A stretch of 64,000 bases of DNA from Bugula neritina (lineage: Eukaryota; Animalia; Bryozoa). The notes beneath the pieces are model-generated. The model did not search any database and was not told the origin of the DNA. It saw nothing but the letters and a program-made list of their open reading frames with translations. Positions 1 through 12,964 of the stretch are shown here, piece by piece (position 1 is the first letter of the stretch; each line of letters opens with the position of its first letter). The stretch spans positions 20,646,995-20,710,994 of the forward strand of contig OZ037765.1 of NCBI GenBank assembly GCA_964035545.1, read 5' to 3'. Made by a program: the position numbers and the translations under genes.

Positions 1-1282
1 ATGCTTGCAATTGTTTTGAATGCAGTAGCACAATGCTCTCCCGTTTGAAAAGATGAGTTGGCCAGGAGAAAACGTCTGACTCCCAAACTGCACATATATC
101 CATTGGACTCCTATCAATCTCTTGATGGGCAACAGAGCACAAATGATGTTGTGAGATTAGCTCTGAGTTCAACAACACCACAATCTGTGAACAGCTTGAA
201 AACATCAAAAGCATCAGATATTACTAGATGTTGAGCCTGAACCAGCCTAGCAAGCTTCCCTTTTACTGCTGCCAACTCACCATTTGCTTCTCCTTTTCCA
301 TGCCTGTAACCAAAGAAGTTCCATATAATGATCAGTGCTCTTGTATCAAGCTGCACCGTCTGACTACATAATAATTTCTGTAGCCTCCGAGTATAAAGAC
401 TGAAGGTGTGGTCCTAATATTAACACGAACTGTTGCACTACATAGCTGTCAAGCTTGAGAACATTTTATATTACTAACAAGTCACACTTTACAGTAGCAG
501 CTGATTAAAAAAAAAGCACGAATAAATAAATAGTAAAGGAGTTGTGGCAGTAGTAAGCATGCTGGTTCCGCTAATAAGCAACACACATTATTTTCTGCAA
601 AGTTGGCAATAACTGCTACCTATGCGGATGTCAACAATACTTTGCATTTAGCGATTGTAGGTGATTTAGAGATACAGCTGCAATGTGGTAAGCAACTGCT
701 TCTATTTCGGTTCACTCAAAACTACTTTTCCTAATCGACAAATTTCTCTTTCATTGATGTTTCCGGCTACCTTCGACCATTTAGTGTGGGATATCTTTAC
801 ACGCTCATCATCCTGAACCCATTGTTGGAGCATATTTTTTATTTTATGTACTCCCCAAAGACTGCATTTTCTGTCGATACACCAAAAAGTTACAGACAGT
901 GGCTTTGATAGTCTCTAACTCATTTGATAATTTCATTATGAAATCGATGAGGTTTTTGCTACTGAAGACTGAATAGCAGCAAGCAAATTTTGTATGTTAT
1001 CACATATGTCACAGATACATGGTAAATACTTAGATGCGCTCATGAGTTCAACATCGCGAGGTTATAATTTCTTAAAGGTGGTCTTTCTGATAGAGAAACC
1101 TTTAGGTATTCAGATTTATAAATATCAAAAGAATTGCACCAGGTAAATTTAAGAAACACAAGTATTTTCCCATTCCAATGTTTATTAAGGTAACTTGATG
1201 TCACTTGCTCGCTACAATAGAAACTTCTTAGAGAGTTGATAACTCCTATTAATGTTTTTGGATTCTGACTCTTTTGAGACAT
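1..1282 (-). pseudogene. Degenerate DNA transposase relic, probably Sola (Sola2-like)
   Basis: Minus-strand fragments, broken by stops and frameshifts, occur in the expected order: CICDICDN, CIDRKCSL(W)G, ANFAENN..E..QHAYY (cf. DFAENY..Q.E.QS.YW), SDGAA*YKS (cf. SDG...QYKN) and WNFFGYRHGKGEANG (cf. W.FF.TSHGKGPCDG). Runs off the left edge. The superfamily call is from recalled motifs. Confidence 0.65.
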
Positions 1283-2246
1283 GTACTAAAACGATTTCTG
1301 GATATGTTTAGTCGTTCACTTACTGATGTTTTGTTACCTCTGTACCTCTGTTATTAGACAATGTTTTCAGACTGTTTGCACTTTCTGACATGAGCTAGAC
1401 GCAGCTTCTACAATATTGTGTTCCGCAGCTCTTTACACGAGAGATTTCATAATTCCTATTAGCAACGTTCCAGACAAGCAATGTGTCACCTTTAAATTTG
1501 AAAATGGTGTTGATAGTTACTGCTACTGTTAGTTGCTTTATAAAGCCGTTTTGCTTGATCCAATAGCGCCTGCAATATTCATTTTACAACTAAAAAATCA
1601 TATTGATATTTCAATTATGACCATGTCATATCAATATCAATATGAATATGAGTATGGCTAAATTAACTACAAGTATTACTATTTACTTCTAGTAGTAGTA
1701 TCAGTACAAGCGATACTCCTATCAAATCTAATATTGTAATAGTAATAGTTATAGTAATAACTAATAAGTATTAGTATAACATTAACCATTAGATTACATT
1801 TAATTTTATTGGCATTGCTGAATGTGAAAATATCTAGCTTTATAGTTTTAGTTTAAGTTTATAACAATAAATTTATATTTAATAAAGGTTAGAGTTAAGA
1901 AGTTGAACAAAATTATTTGATAACTAAAACTATAAAATTAAAAAGTAATTTTAATTTTATCTTAAATTTAATCTTTATTACTAGTACTATTGGTTTATTT
2001 AATTTTATCTACCAAATTTAACACTTTGACTTATCAAAGAACTAGAAGTTAGAGTTAGTATTATATTATCATTTATACTTATACTAACGATAACATTAAC
2101 TATAATTTACTATATTGTAGTGCCATCTTAATGTTGAATATTATATGGAGCTTAGTATAAAAATGGCTATCTACTAGTATCAGCATTGACAAAAATTCTG
2201 CTACACTGAATAAAATCTTGGTAGCTGGTGTACGCCAGAGTGGTAA

Positions 2247-2922
2247 CCCCCTATTCACACTTACCGTACCGTACGCCGTAACAGCAAATTTTAGCGATTT
2301 TTGTTAACATCCGGGCTAAATCGTACTCCGGTATACGTTGCGGCGTTGATCAAGCAGTGCTTGATTCAAAAAATCACGGCGGGCTCCTATTGGGTAGAGT
2401 TGATCTGGTACTAAAATTTAAAGAACATTTTCGCTAGTTTATTTTAATCGCTTATTTTTGATTTAATTTAACCAATTCAAAATTTTTAAAAGATTAAAAA
2501 ATCTTTATCCGGCTTGTTTGAATTAAACTCAGCTTAAAAATCTAGCTTTCCCTAATCACAAAATCGAGCAAACTTAAAACTGATTTGGACGGCTTAAATA
2601 TTCATTATTTAAATTAGTTTGCACAATTATTTTAAAAACGAATATATTTTAAAAAAAGATTCTTTTCATGTAATTGCTTTTATTTAGTAAATAGCATTTA
2701 TATAACATCTTTTGATAAGAATGTTGCGAATAATTTGTAAATAATATTCAAAGGCGTTCAAATCACCGCAGACAAGAGTTGGCTTTATTATGATTGGTCA
2801 CAGCTCAACGTCATGCATTGTACTTTTACGGCAATGTGTGAACACCCGTTGACAAAATGCAACAGCGTCGCCATTTTATTTTTGCTGTTACGGCGTGCGA
2901 TACGGTAAGTGTGAATGAGGGG
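2247..2922. mobile_element. Non-autonomous PIF/Harbinger-type MITE (676 bp)
   Basis: TIR of about 42 bp: CCCCCTATTCACACTTACCGTACCGTACGCCGTAACAGCAAA versus the reverse complement of 2881-2922. TAA TSD at 2244-2246 and 2923-2925. No coding capacity. Confidence 0.85.
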
Positions 2923-3661
2923 TAAAAATCACACCGGTGTACGCTTTTACTAGACTTTTCTTCATGAGAGCTTTATTTTCAATGACTCCCCGCTAAATGA
3001 GAATTAATAATTCGCGGGTAAGCGATGAGACCAGCCATCATTTTAATCTCATTGAAAAGGCACAAATTAATTTATTGAAAAATAATCGATTTGACTTGTT
3101 TGTGCTGCGAAGAGACAAAATTAATATTTTTTTGAAATATTGCGCAAATAAAACAAACAAGCATGTTTGTCACTCCATGAGCAATTATTTGAGAATGGAT
3201 AACTCCGCAATAAACGGTGTGACGCTCACGAGAGATTGATAATTGGGGATTTAAAGAACCGACTAGCCAAGCTCAAAAATTAGTTTGCACTAAATGATGT
3301 GAACCGACTGGTATCTTTTGCACAACCCTCACAAGTTATATTTTATCACACTTGGTTTTATTCAGTTGTGTTATACCAGGACTGTCAAACAGGAGGCCCC
3401 TAGACTATATTATTATTTATGTGGCCCTCAAAGGCATAACATGTAAATGTCTTATTTTTACAAGCATATGGTAAAACCCTGCCTTAACTATTTGGATCTC
3501 ATTGTGTAACAGATTAATAGAAAGTTGTAATAAATTCACTTGGAAAAAAAAACACCCCTGGCTTATACAGTGCAAGGTTAGTATTAGGATAGACAAGAAT
3601 AATATAACATTTTGGTCACCAGTTTATTGGTTCAACATGACAACTTAAAACATTTCAACAT

Positions 3662-4929
3662 TTAAGCTGCAGCTTTGTTTGAGCTGGGATCATGGTTTTT
3701 AGCCAAGTAGTCAGTAAATTCTTCATAGGGTGACTTTGTGAAGACAGTCTCTTTCCACAGATCAGGGGTCAAGAATGAGTAAGTTTTGGCAATAGCAAAG
3801 AATGTGGCTTTTGCTACAAAAAAATAACACAAAATGATGTCGCCATAATACTTGGGGAAACATTTATGCAACAATAGTAACAGCATATCTATTTGACAGC
3901 AAGCAATAACCGTAGTCGCACTTACCAAAGTTGCCCAGTGTAGATGTGGCTCCTACGGACTGAGTATATACATCCTCTATGCCAGCCATGGTAAGCAGCT
4001 TCTTGGGCACAGGGGCAGCAACAATACCTGTACCACGTGGTGCAGGGATCAATCTCATGGAACTGCTTCCACATTTACCAGTTACCTACAAAAAGGCACC
4101 AAGCGAAGATAGTATAATCGGGTTTGACACTACAGAAGAAAGCGGATATCTGAAGAGAAATAAAATGTCATGTAAGAGAATGTAAAGCATGGAAAATATT
4201 ATTTAAAAAACAATTCAAAACAAAGAGTGTACACAACTTATGCTGATCAACAAGATTCACAGACCTTGCATGGGATGGTGTGTGGTGTTCCAAGTTTATT
4301 TCCCCAATAACCTCGTCGCACAGGCACAATAGACAACTTTCCAAGGATTATGGCACCTCGGATAGCAGTTGCAACTTCTTTAGAGCATTTGACTCCAAGA
4401 CCAACATGGCCATGGAAGTCTCCAAGAGCAACAATAGCCTTAAACCTGGTACGCTGCCCAGCAGTGGTCTGCTTTTGCACAGGCATAATCTTCAACACCT
4501 CATCTTTTAGTGTACTGCCCAGGAAGTAGTCTATGATTTCAAACTCCTGGAACAGGTATGGAAATAATATGTATGCTAATTATACTAAATATAAACCACA
4601 ACTTTGACTAGGAAAATATTTTCAACATGTTAGTGCCTAAGAAGTGATAGAATTGTGCAGCAATTCAACTGCAGCATCTTTAAAATATTTACCTTGACTG
4701 GGAGAGAAAACAAATATATTTCTTCCAATGATTTGATTTTCATATCTTTGACCAGACGTCCTAATTTAGTGGCTGGAACCCATTCTTTGTCTCCATCTTT
4801 GTTTCCTCTACCTCGACCTCTTCCACGGCCGCGCCCTCTGCCTCGACCACGTCCTCTACCGCCAAATCCGCCACGGAATTCACCGGCTGGAGCGCCTTCA
4901 GTAGTGGGTGCTGGTGCTGCGTCCGCCAT
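3662..4929 (-). CDS. RPS2: 40S ribosomal protein S2 (uS5); coding exons 4929-4693, 4546-4265, 4085-3926, 3813-3662
   Basis: RG-rich N-terminus, [64 protein letters not shown]. All introns are GT-AG with consistent phases. AATAAA on the minus strand near 3623-3628. Confidence 0.98.
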
Positions 4930-5560
4930 TTGCTAAAAGTAGTTCAATCAACATTTGCCATAAACTGATAACGAAAATTAAAATTTACTGTAGCCAATAG
5001 ACATACTCATAGTAATTTGAAACAAAGTGAATATCAAATTCAGTATATAACATCCTTAGGTTTTAATAAAACCAACAACCAAGTTTATTATGATCAACCA
5101 TTACCAACTTGTCAATTGAAATTGAACCAAGCTTTAGAATTACATTTTGATTTACTTTTAGTATAACAAGTAATACTAACACTAACAGTATAACTAATAC
5201 TAATAGTAATAGCAATATTTAGATTTTATTCTTCAGCAATTTTATACGAGGATCACCAAGCAACCGGCAATTTGTATGGTTTTAATCAAATATCATATCA
5301 ACTAAAATACCTGCCTGAACTAATCAGCTTGAAGTTGAAAGAATTTGGGCATAAAAATGAGACATTTCTAGTTGCGAAACCCATTAGCCATATACTGATA
5401 TAGATATTCATTCTAACATAATGTTTATAAGCCGTAAGACTGCGTAACTTAAAATGAGCCAGTGCATGCATCTTTTTCTTCCAAAAAGTAAAATTAGATG
5501 TTGCTGAACTAGCACACTAGAAGCAGATAACATTAAATAACATAAAGCATAAAAACTTAC

Positions 5561-5601
5561 GTGTGTTCCCGATGTAAGAATAGAGAAAAAGAAACAGGAA
5601 G
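5561..5601 (-). promoter_or_regulatory. rpS2 TCT/5'-TOP polypyrimidine initiator and non-coding first exon
   Basis: Minus strand reads CTTCCTGTTTC(+1, about 5591)TTTTTCTCT...ACACAC|GTAAGT, with the donor at 5560. The acceptor TTTTAG at 4934-4933 lies just before the ATG. This is typical ribosomal protein gene architecture. Confidence 0.8.
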
Positions 5602-5810
5602 TTCGCAGTTGCCTAAATATTAGTTGTTGCTAATACTACTGGACCAACTGAGCGTTCTCGACATCACAATGCCGAAGTCTTGACGTCTGCAAAATAGTAT
5701 AAGAGAGAGGAGGAAACTCTGTCGCTCATTAGGATACTCATACTGAATGAGCTCGACATTATAATCCAAATTCAAATTGGGTTAGTTATAATTATATTCA
5801 ATGTGGTAAG

Positions 5811-8415
5811 ATGCTCACCTTTTGCCCAACTTGCGCCAACATTTTAATTGTAGAAAATTTCAGTAGTACAGTGCGTTTAGCATGCAGCACATGCCCTTAC
5901 GTACATGACGTCAAAAGAAAGGTAAGTTAAACTTAATCAAAATGATAATATTAATCATTAATGTTATTGTTAAACTTAAAGTTTAACTGTTAAACTTAAA
6001 GCTGTCTCGGACTCAAAGTCAAAAAAGTAAATCTAAAGGTAAAACCGAACGTAAACTAAGACTGTAAACTGTAAAGAACAAAGTCAAATATAAAGTGAAA
6101 AGTAGAACACTAATACTAATAGAGTACTACTAGTGCTACTAGTAGTAGTACTACTAGTACTAGTAGAATGAAATATCATAGTTAAATTGAAACAGAAAAG
6201 CGAACACTAACAGTAGCAGTAACAGTAGCTTACAGTTACTCAGTCTCATAGTTGGAGTTACTGACATTGACTAACTCTAAGTCCTAAGGGCTAAGTCAAA
6301 ATGATACTAATGATCCTAACGTTAATTTAATTATAAGATAGAGATTAACTTTAAGTTTAAGTCTAACAATAATTTAGTACTTATAGTTATTATAGAATAT
6401 TATGTAACTCAAGACTTACAGTGATTGTATTACTATTACAGTATTGGTATTACTATTAGTATACATTATGATTATCAGTATCATTGTGACACTATAAAAC
6501 ATAATTATAACATTAACTAAGTTTAACTACAAATATCAATATAGTAATGGAATTAAGTATAACTATAAGTATACGTAACTATAATAATAATGTTACATTA
6601 TGTTTATATTTATAGTTACAATATTAACTAATTATGTTCATCTTTAGGCTAAGTATAATTACTCACGGTATAATAAATGTAACGGATAAAGAATTAAGCA
6701 ATAACTTTAGCTTTTGACAATCCTCAGCTATATCCTCTTTGTCCTCTTCTTATGAAAAGGATAATCAATGTATCAAATTTTATTTTTACTGAGTCATATT
6801 TATAGTTATTGCCATTTTGGTTCCCACTGTGATTGTCCATTAAAATTGTCACCACTTTATTTTGTGAGGGCAACTGTTCAACTTGAAATTAGTCTGCTAC
6901 TGTTCCTGTTAGTGTTTTAAAGTATGTTTTAGTTTCACTCAAGTTACTACTAATACTAAATCTAGCTAAATTGACTTAATCATAGTGACTCATAATAAAT
7001 GTGGTATAAAGTGGAACTCAAGTGTTAATGTTCAATTTATTGTTAACTAATCAAGTGTGATAGTTATGTCACTGCTGATTGTAGTATTCTTGAAGCCAGT
7101 TACTTGTGTAGTGTAAATCAAAATGCCTATATTTAATTTTTTTTATTAGCAAACTATTGAAGTTGATTGGATTTTTTTTAGGTAACTATGATTGTGTTGT
7201 GTTATTGTTACTGCAGATTTTACCTTAAATGTTAGCTCTAGTTTCTCACAGCCAATTTAATACTAATAGTGTTGGTCCGTGCATAAATGTGCTGTTAACG
7301 AACTAATAGCTATTTGCAGTTGCAATTGCAGATTAGTACTAGCGTAACCCTGTATCAGTCACATTGCATGGTATGTAAGTCTAAGTAGCAAGTAGAAACA
7401 CTTATTTTCATCAATTGTTAGTCACATGTTTCAAGAAAGTTATAGCCACTAAGAACCACAAAAACTGTAAATACTTGACACAGAATGTGGCAAAATCTAA
7501 ATCTAAAAGTCATCGCTTCATAAACATGTTTGTGACTCTCAATCTCTTTAAACTTACGTGACATTTTATTAGAAACTTGGTCTCAAGTCGAAACATGTCA
7601 ACTTGGTAGCTAACTTCTTGGTTTTCCCTGTAAGATCATTTTTTCCTGGCTTCTGTAAGTGTGCATCAGTTTATTTATTTTATATGCAGATTACACGGCG
7701 GACCTACCCTAAACTCAAAGAAGTTGATGATGTTTTGGGTGGTGCAGATGCCTGGAAAAATGTTGATTCCACAGACGGTAATTTATATATCTTAAAGTTG
7801 CCATTTGTACTGAGTTTTCTAATGTATTAAATGTTAACATAAACATTAGTAGTTAGAAATTTGTGAAATAAATTACAAAAAGTATTTTATGAAAAATTAT
7901 TTTTGTAAAGTCAGCAATATTTGTAAAAGACTGAATTTTTCATTACTGTTTCTTGATAGTCTAAATATGACTGCCAAACTTAATCTAAAACTAAGCTTTT
8001 AATAAATATTGATCACCTTTTACAATTAGAGTTTCTAGGGCTAGTATAAGTCTCTCACAGGCAGCACTGTGTATTACTCAGAACTCGACTTCCATAGAAT
8101 AGTATAAACAGCTCACTGGCAACTACTGTTTAAAGGGAAGCCAACTTTTAATTAGAAATCAGTGGGGAACCATTTCTGAAGGGTTCAATGTAGGGCTGTG
8201 CTTTTACTCTAAGCACAGTAATTTTGTAAATGTTCCATTTATAATACATACGTCATTCATTTTATCTATATGCTGCTCTTCCTACAGAAACATGTCCCAA
8301 GTGCAGCAATTCTAGAGCCTACTTCATGCAAGTGCAGACCAGATCAGCTGATGAACCAATGACAACTTACTACAAGTGCTGTAATCACGAATGCGGATTT
8401 AGATGGAATAATTGA
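5811..8415 (+). CDS. POLR3K: RNA polymerase III subunit RPC10/C11; exons 5811-5921, 7690-7777, 8288-8415 (108 aa)
   Basis: [12 protein letters not shown]...CSTCPY N-terminal zinc ribbon, [18 protein letters not shown], and the TFIIS-like C-ribbon CPKC...[21 protein letters not shown]. Spliced length is 327 nt. Confidence 0.97.
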
Positions 8416-9934
8416 GACTGAAACTTGTTATAATGTCGAGTCTGCTGATGGTTTCCTGCATTTTACAGAAATCCATATTGAGTTTTCTATTGTTTGCTGG
8501 AAAGCAATTTTATGGACATATCTATAAGCAGAAATTACAAATGATTTTTTGTAAATGCATTATGGTGTACATACTGAAGCAAAAAGTATATGAAACTTTG
8601 TTGGCAAGTGTAATAATTATTCTTTAGAAGCCACTGTTGGCTGGAATCAATTACTACTTACTTTTTGATACACGTTTTTGCTTTTCTGATGTAAATCTTT
8701 CTTGCAGTTTTAAAAACGGCTTGCTAACAAATTCCAAACAAATATTATAAAAATTTACTAATGCTTTTTCATGCGAGATTTATATTAACCTACCTGAGTG
8801 CTCATTTGTGATTTATTGAATGTTTATGGCAATCCACTAATAATAAATAATTTAAGTTCTCAATTTTCATGATGGGCATGATTGACTTATTTGATCAGTG
8901 TAAAACTTTGAATAGCTAGATAAATTTACTGGTGTTTGATGTTAATATATAATATATATATGGTGTGTCTCAACCCTAAAGAAATACATTTTTAGTTCAT
9001 AATACACATATTTCTTGATGTAAAGCATTTAAGTTCTAAGTTGAATAAAAAATAAAGCAACACTTTCAAATGTATATTGCTGAAATTTTTGTTTATAAAA
9101 TTTGTGAAAACTACGATTAAGTAGCCATTGATTAGTGCAAAATAGCATTTACAGAGTAACGAAAATTAATCGAATCTGCGTAATATAAACAAAATATCGG
9201 TAAACATATTATTATAGTGTAAAATCTATAAATATTACATAAAATGGAAAGTGCATAATGAAGATATCATTGATGCCAGCGTATAATATTGGAATAGCAT
9301 TTATTGAAAAATGAAAAGCTTGGTGAATATGTAATTACTATAGGAAACATTTCAACACCTTTTGTGCTCATAGAAATTTGTAAAATGCTGCAATTAATTT
9401 TTTTTTCTAAATTTTAAGCTGCTATGAGCACACTCATCTTCCATAAATAAGGCTTCAACTCCGCTCTAGTAACAGATCAGGAGACTCGGTGATGCACTGT
9501 CAAGAGATAATAACATGGACACTGTGCTTTTACTGGCCATTTATACCAAGCAAGAACTGTAATAAAATATGTACTGGACCTTCAATAAACTTTTGTTTGC
9601 TGATATACTCAAAACATATATCAATGTGCATATAGTATAGCCAAATTGTCTGCTAAGCATTAGTATAATTATTGCAATTGTATAAGTAGCTTTTAACTAC
9701 TGCTTCTATCATAACACCAGCATGCAATAAAGTCAATTTTTGTTAAGAGTTGTACTCTCTCTAAAAGTATAATACTCTATCATAGGTGTACATACATAAG
9801 CCCTAATAAGGGCCATGAGTTTATGAGTTTGTCTCTGTGCTTTGGTTGATTGGTCATGAAGATCGGCTGCTATATTAGCAAAGATTAAAAAATACTTTGT
9901 TTCTTATTGTAAGAGGCTCACCATTTGTAGAAGG

Positions 9935-9992
9935 GTGTGTGTGTGTGTGTGTGTGTGCGCATGCGTGTGTGCGTGCATTTGTGCGCGTGTGT
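9935..9992. repeat. (GT)n/(GC) microsatellite
   Basis: GTGTGT... run grading into GTGC/GCGT variants. Confidence 0.9.
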
Positions 9993-11572
9993 AACTTTAT
10001 ATTTACCAAAACAACATTTTAATTGAGAACCCCATAAATGTTTTTATAGTTATCACCAATACAGTTGCTTAGACCACGTCATACTTTAATTATACTTGCC
10101 AAATCACATAAAAAATTCATGCAGTGAGCATTAAATATTTTGCAAAATTCCTTTAGTCATTTAAGTGTAGCAGATGCTGATTGTCGATTGTCAAAACAAA
10201 TGCTTAAATTGTAATCTATTTGTACAGTAATTATTAAGTTATCTGTGTATCAATACATACTTCATCACTTATTTCTATTTCTTGTCCTTCTTCATATTAT
10301 GTATATCATAGAATATAGTGATTGTATTGATTAGGGCATAATAATACCATATAATATACCTATGCATGATAAAGCACACAATAACATAATATAGCCTAAT
10401 AAACTTGCTTTTTTGTCTTTTTTACCTTTACGTGGTATTTTATTAAAAGCTTATTATACAATACAGTGTAATTATTAATTATAAAAGACCAACACAAATG
10501 TTATTTTTATAGCAATAGAAGTAAAAGCACGTCATGTACAGCATAATAATATAATTATAATATACTCGCCACTTGTTGCGATATTAGAGTTATCCCACCC
10601 AAAGTAAAGGTTGTGACGAGACTAGAGAAGAAAGACTAATCTCGTCTCATCATTTTACATACTGAAAGGCACTATTCATTTTCCATTTGAGCAGTGGCAT
10701 TAAATTTAATGGCGACATTACTTTTTAGTCTTGGTAGTTTTCATTATGAGGACCAGCTACCAATAATTTATTGATTATAGAATCATGTTCTTGTGGTGTC
10801 TCTAATAACTATAATCATTGTAATTTAAATTATGATTTACTTTAACAATAACTTTAACTCAAACTTTAAGTATAATATAAAATTAATAATTATAAGTTAT
10901 TTAATAAGTATTATTATTATTATATTAATTATAATATTATTATATTAATAAGATATTATTAATTGATAATCATACTCATACTGATCAACTCATAATTTTT
11001 TTGTAACACTAACAGTAACAATCACAATCACAATGATCAATCATCAATGTATGTTTCAGGTTAGGATTCAGATTGTCATTTTAGTGAGTGAATTTCTAAC
11101 AATAAGTCTAACAATAACAGCATCAGCATGAGTAACACTAAGATTAAGAGTAAGACTAAGTCTAACTGTAACTGTAAGTGCAATACTAAAAGTAAAAGTA
11201 AATATAATAATAATCATCATCATAATAATAATAATTATAATAATTATTATTTATTTGAAATAATATTAATTTAAAGCAAAATCACTTTTTCAAAATGTTG
11301 CTATTAGTATTGTAATAGATATTGGGGTAACTTTTTGGAAGTTGTCTATTCTTATATTATTATTATAATATCTGCATGTTATCTGTTATTCCTTTTTCTA
11401 ACTAACAATGAATATTTAAAATGTTATTATTTGGTTGGCTACTACTAAACCACTAGGGGGACAAAATGACTTCCTGTACTAGCTGAGTTTTTAAGCTATA
11501 CGGGAAAAGACCGATATTATGTATTTTAGTTTATCTGTACTACAGCTAATACCAAACACTGAATCAACTAAT

Positions 11573-12964
11573 ATGGAGCCTGGAGAACAGCCACTTGTAT
11601 TAACAGAATCAACCAACCACAGTAATGATGACACCCCAAACTGCCCAATAACGTTTACAGGTAAGGTTTTTTTATTTAACTAATTCCACACAAATGGTAT
11701 GAATTAGTTAATTTTTCAGTTGTATATTTCTAATCTCATAATAAAATTAGTTTCTAATATCAGTGTATATAGCAAGATTGACATTAAATCAAATGCATGC
11801 AAATAGTATTTTATTGTCACTGCCTAAAAAAGGTGTTTTTTATAAACTCAAAATTTACAGGGTAAGTTTGGGCTTATTTATCAGTGGTTGAATGAGCATG
11901 ACTTGCCTTCAGATGCTCAATACTTTTTTCTAAATCAAAATTGAGATTTATTCAATCTACTATGGGGGAAACATGTAGAAAATAGAGTATATAATCTTAG
12001 AGAGCAAATATATACCATTTGCATTCTTTCATTGTGAAATGTATTTTTACAGTGCATGTAACCCTATGGTAAGTAGAATGAGTAAATCTCAAAGAAAGTG
12101 TTAGATGTCAGGAGACCTTTACAGATGAAGTAAACTTCAGTAACTCTAATTTAGGTGCTTAATAATTTTTTTTAATTTCAAGTAATTTTTGACTATTCTT
12201 ACCAAACTAGGTTCAGTAATGCTTTTACTTCAGTTGCCATCATATCAGTTAATCCAAAACAAAAACATCTAAGTTTACTAATTATTTATAAAATGAATAT
12301 TTTGTTGTTTGTGTTGATAGATAAAGAAGGCCTGACGATTGAGCTGCCCATGCTGATAGGAAATGTGACCGAAATTTCTACCACCTCCGATCCAGCCAAA
12401 CGAGTAAATAACATTTCCCAAATGGGGTTAGACAATTCTAATAATTTTGATAGTACTTTACACACAAATAACCCAGGGTACCTTAGCGGCTATTCAGGTG
12501 TTAAAGCTGATAGTACATGGGTTGACTCATTTATCACTAGTAAAAAACATAAAGACATGATGAGAAAGCGCGTCCTCCGTCAGTCTAGTGACTATAGGCA
12601 ACAGGAAACTGTTAGGTCTCGGAACCGGATGAAACTGAGAAGAAGCAATCCTGAATACAGAGAAAAAGAAAGGAAAAGAGATCGAGAAAGAAGAAGGTTG
12701 GCTCGTACTACTAACCCCGAGAAGCGAGCTATAGAGAGGGAGAGAGATAGACTATATAAAAAGCGCATAAGAAGCGATTCTAAAGTCGAATTTATAATGA
12801 GCGCTTCAACTGTCTCACACGAGGTTGTGCTCCATGATAGTCACTCCGAACAACAGTCACTAGAATTTGATTCAGTGTTGGATAATTCTCACTCAAACAA
12901 TCTTATAACTATTAGCTGTATGAGTGACAATTCTGGTGGTATCATGGTTATGGATAATACGTGA
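11573..12964 (+). CDS. Uncharacterised protein (about 243 aa) with basic Arg/Glu helical repeats, STPR-like; exons 11573-11660, 12321-12964
   Basis: Acceptor TACAG at 11545, ATG at 11573 and donor AG|GTAAGG (phase 1) join in frame to TGATAG|AT at 12321. Three 21-22 aa repeats: SSDYRQQETVRSRNRMKLRRS / NPEYREKERKRDRERRRLARTT / NPEKRAIERERDRLYKKRIRS. Confidence 0.7.

Noticed and set aside
3979-4936. Plus-strand ORFs overlapping rpS2
   Set aside because: Antisense shadows of rpS2 exons.
4935-5560. Intronic snoRNA in rpS2 (vertebrate RPS2 hosts H/ACA snoRNAs)
   Set aside because: Only a degenerate C box (ATGATAT) and a CTGA at about 5296-5232 on the minus strand. No terminal stem or recognisable guide, and no convincing H/ACA pair. 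An Infernal scan would be needed.
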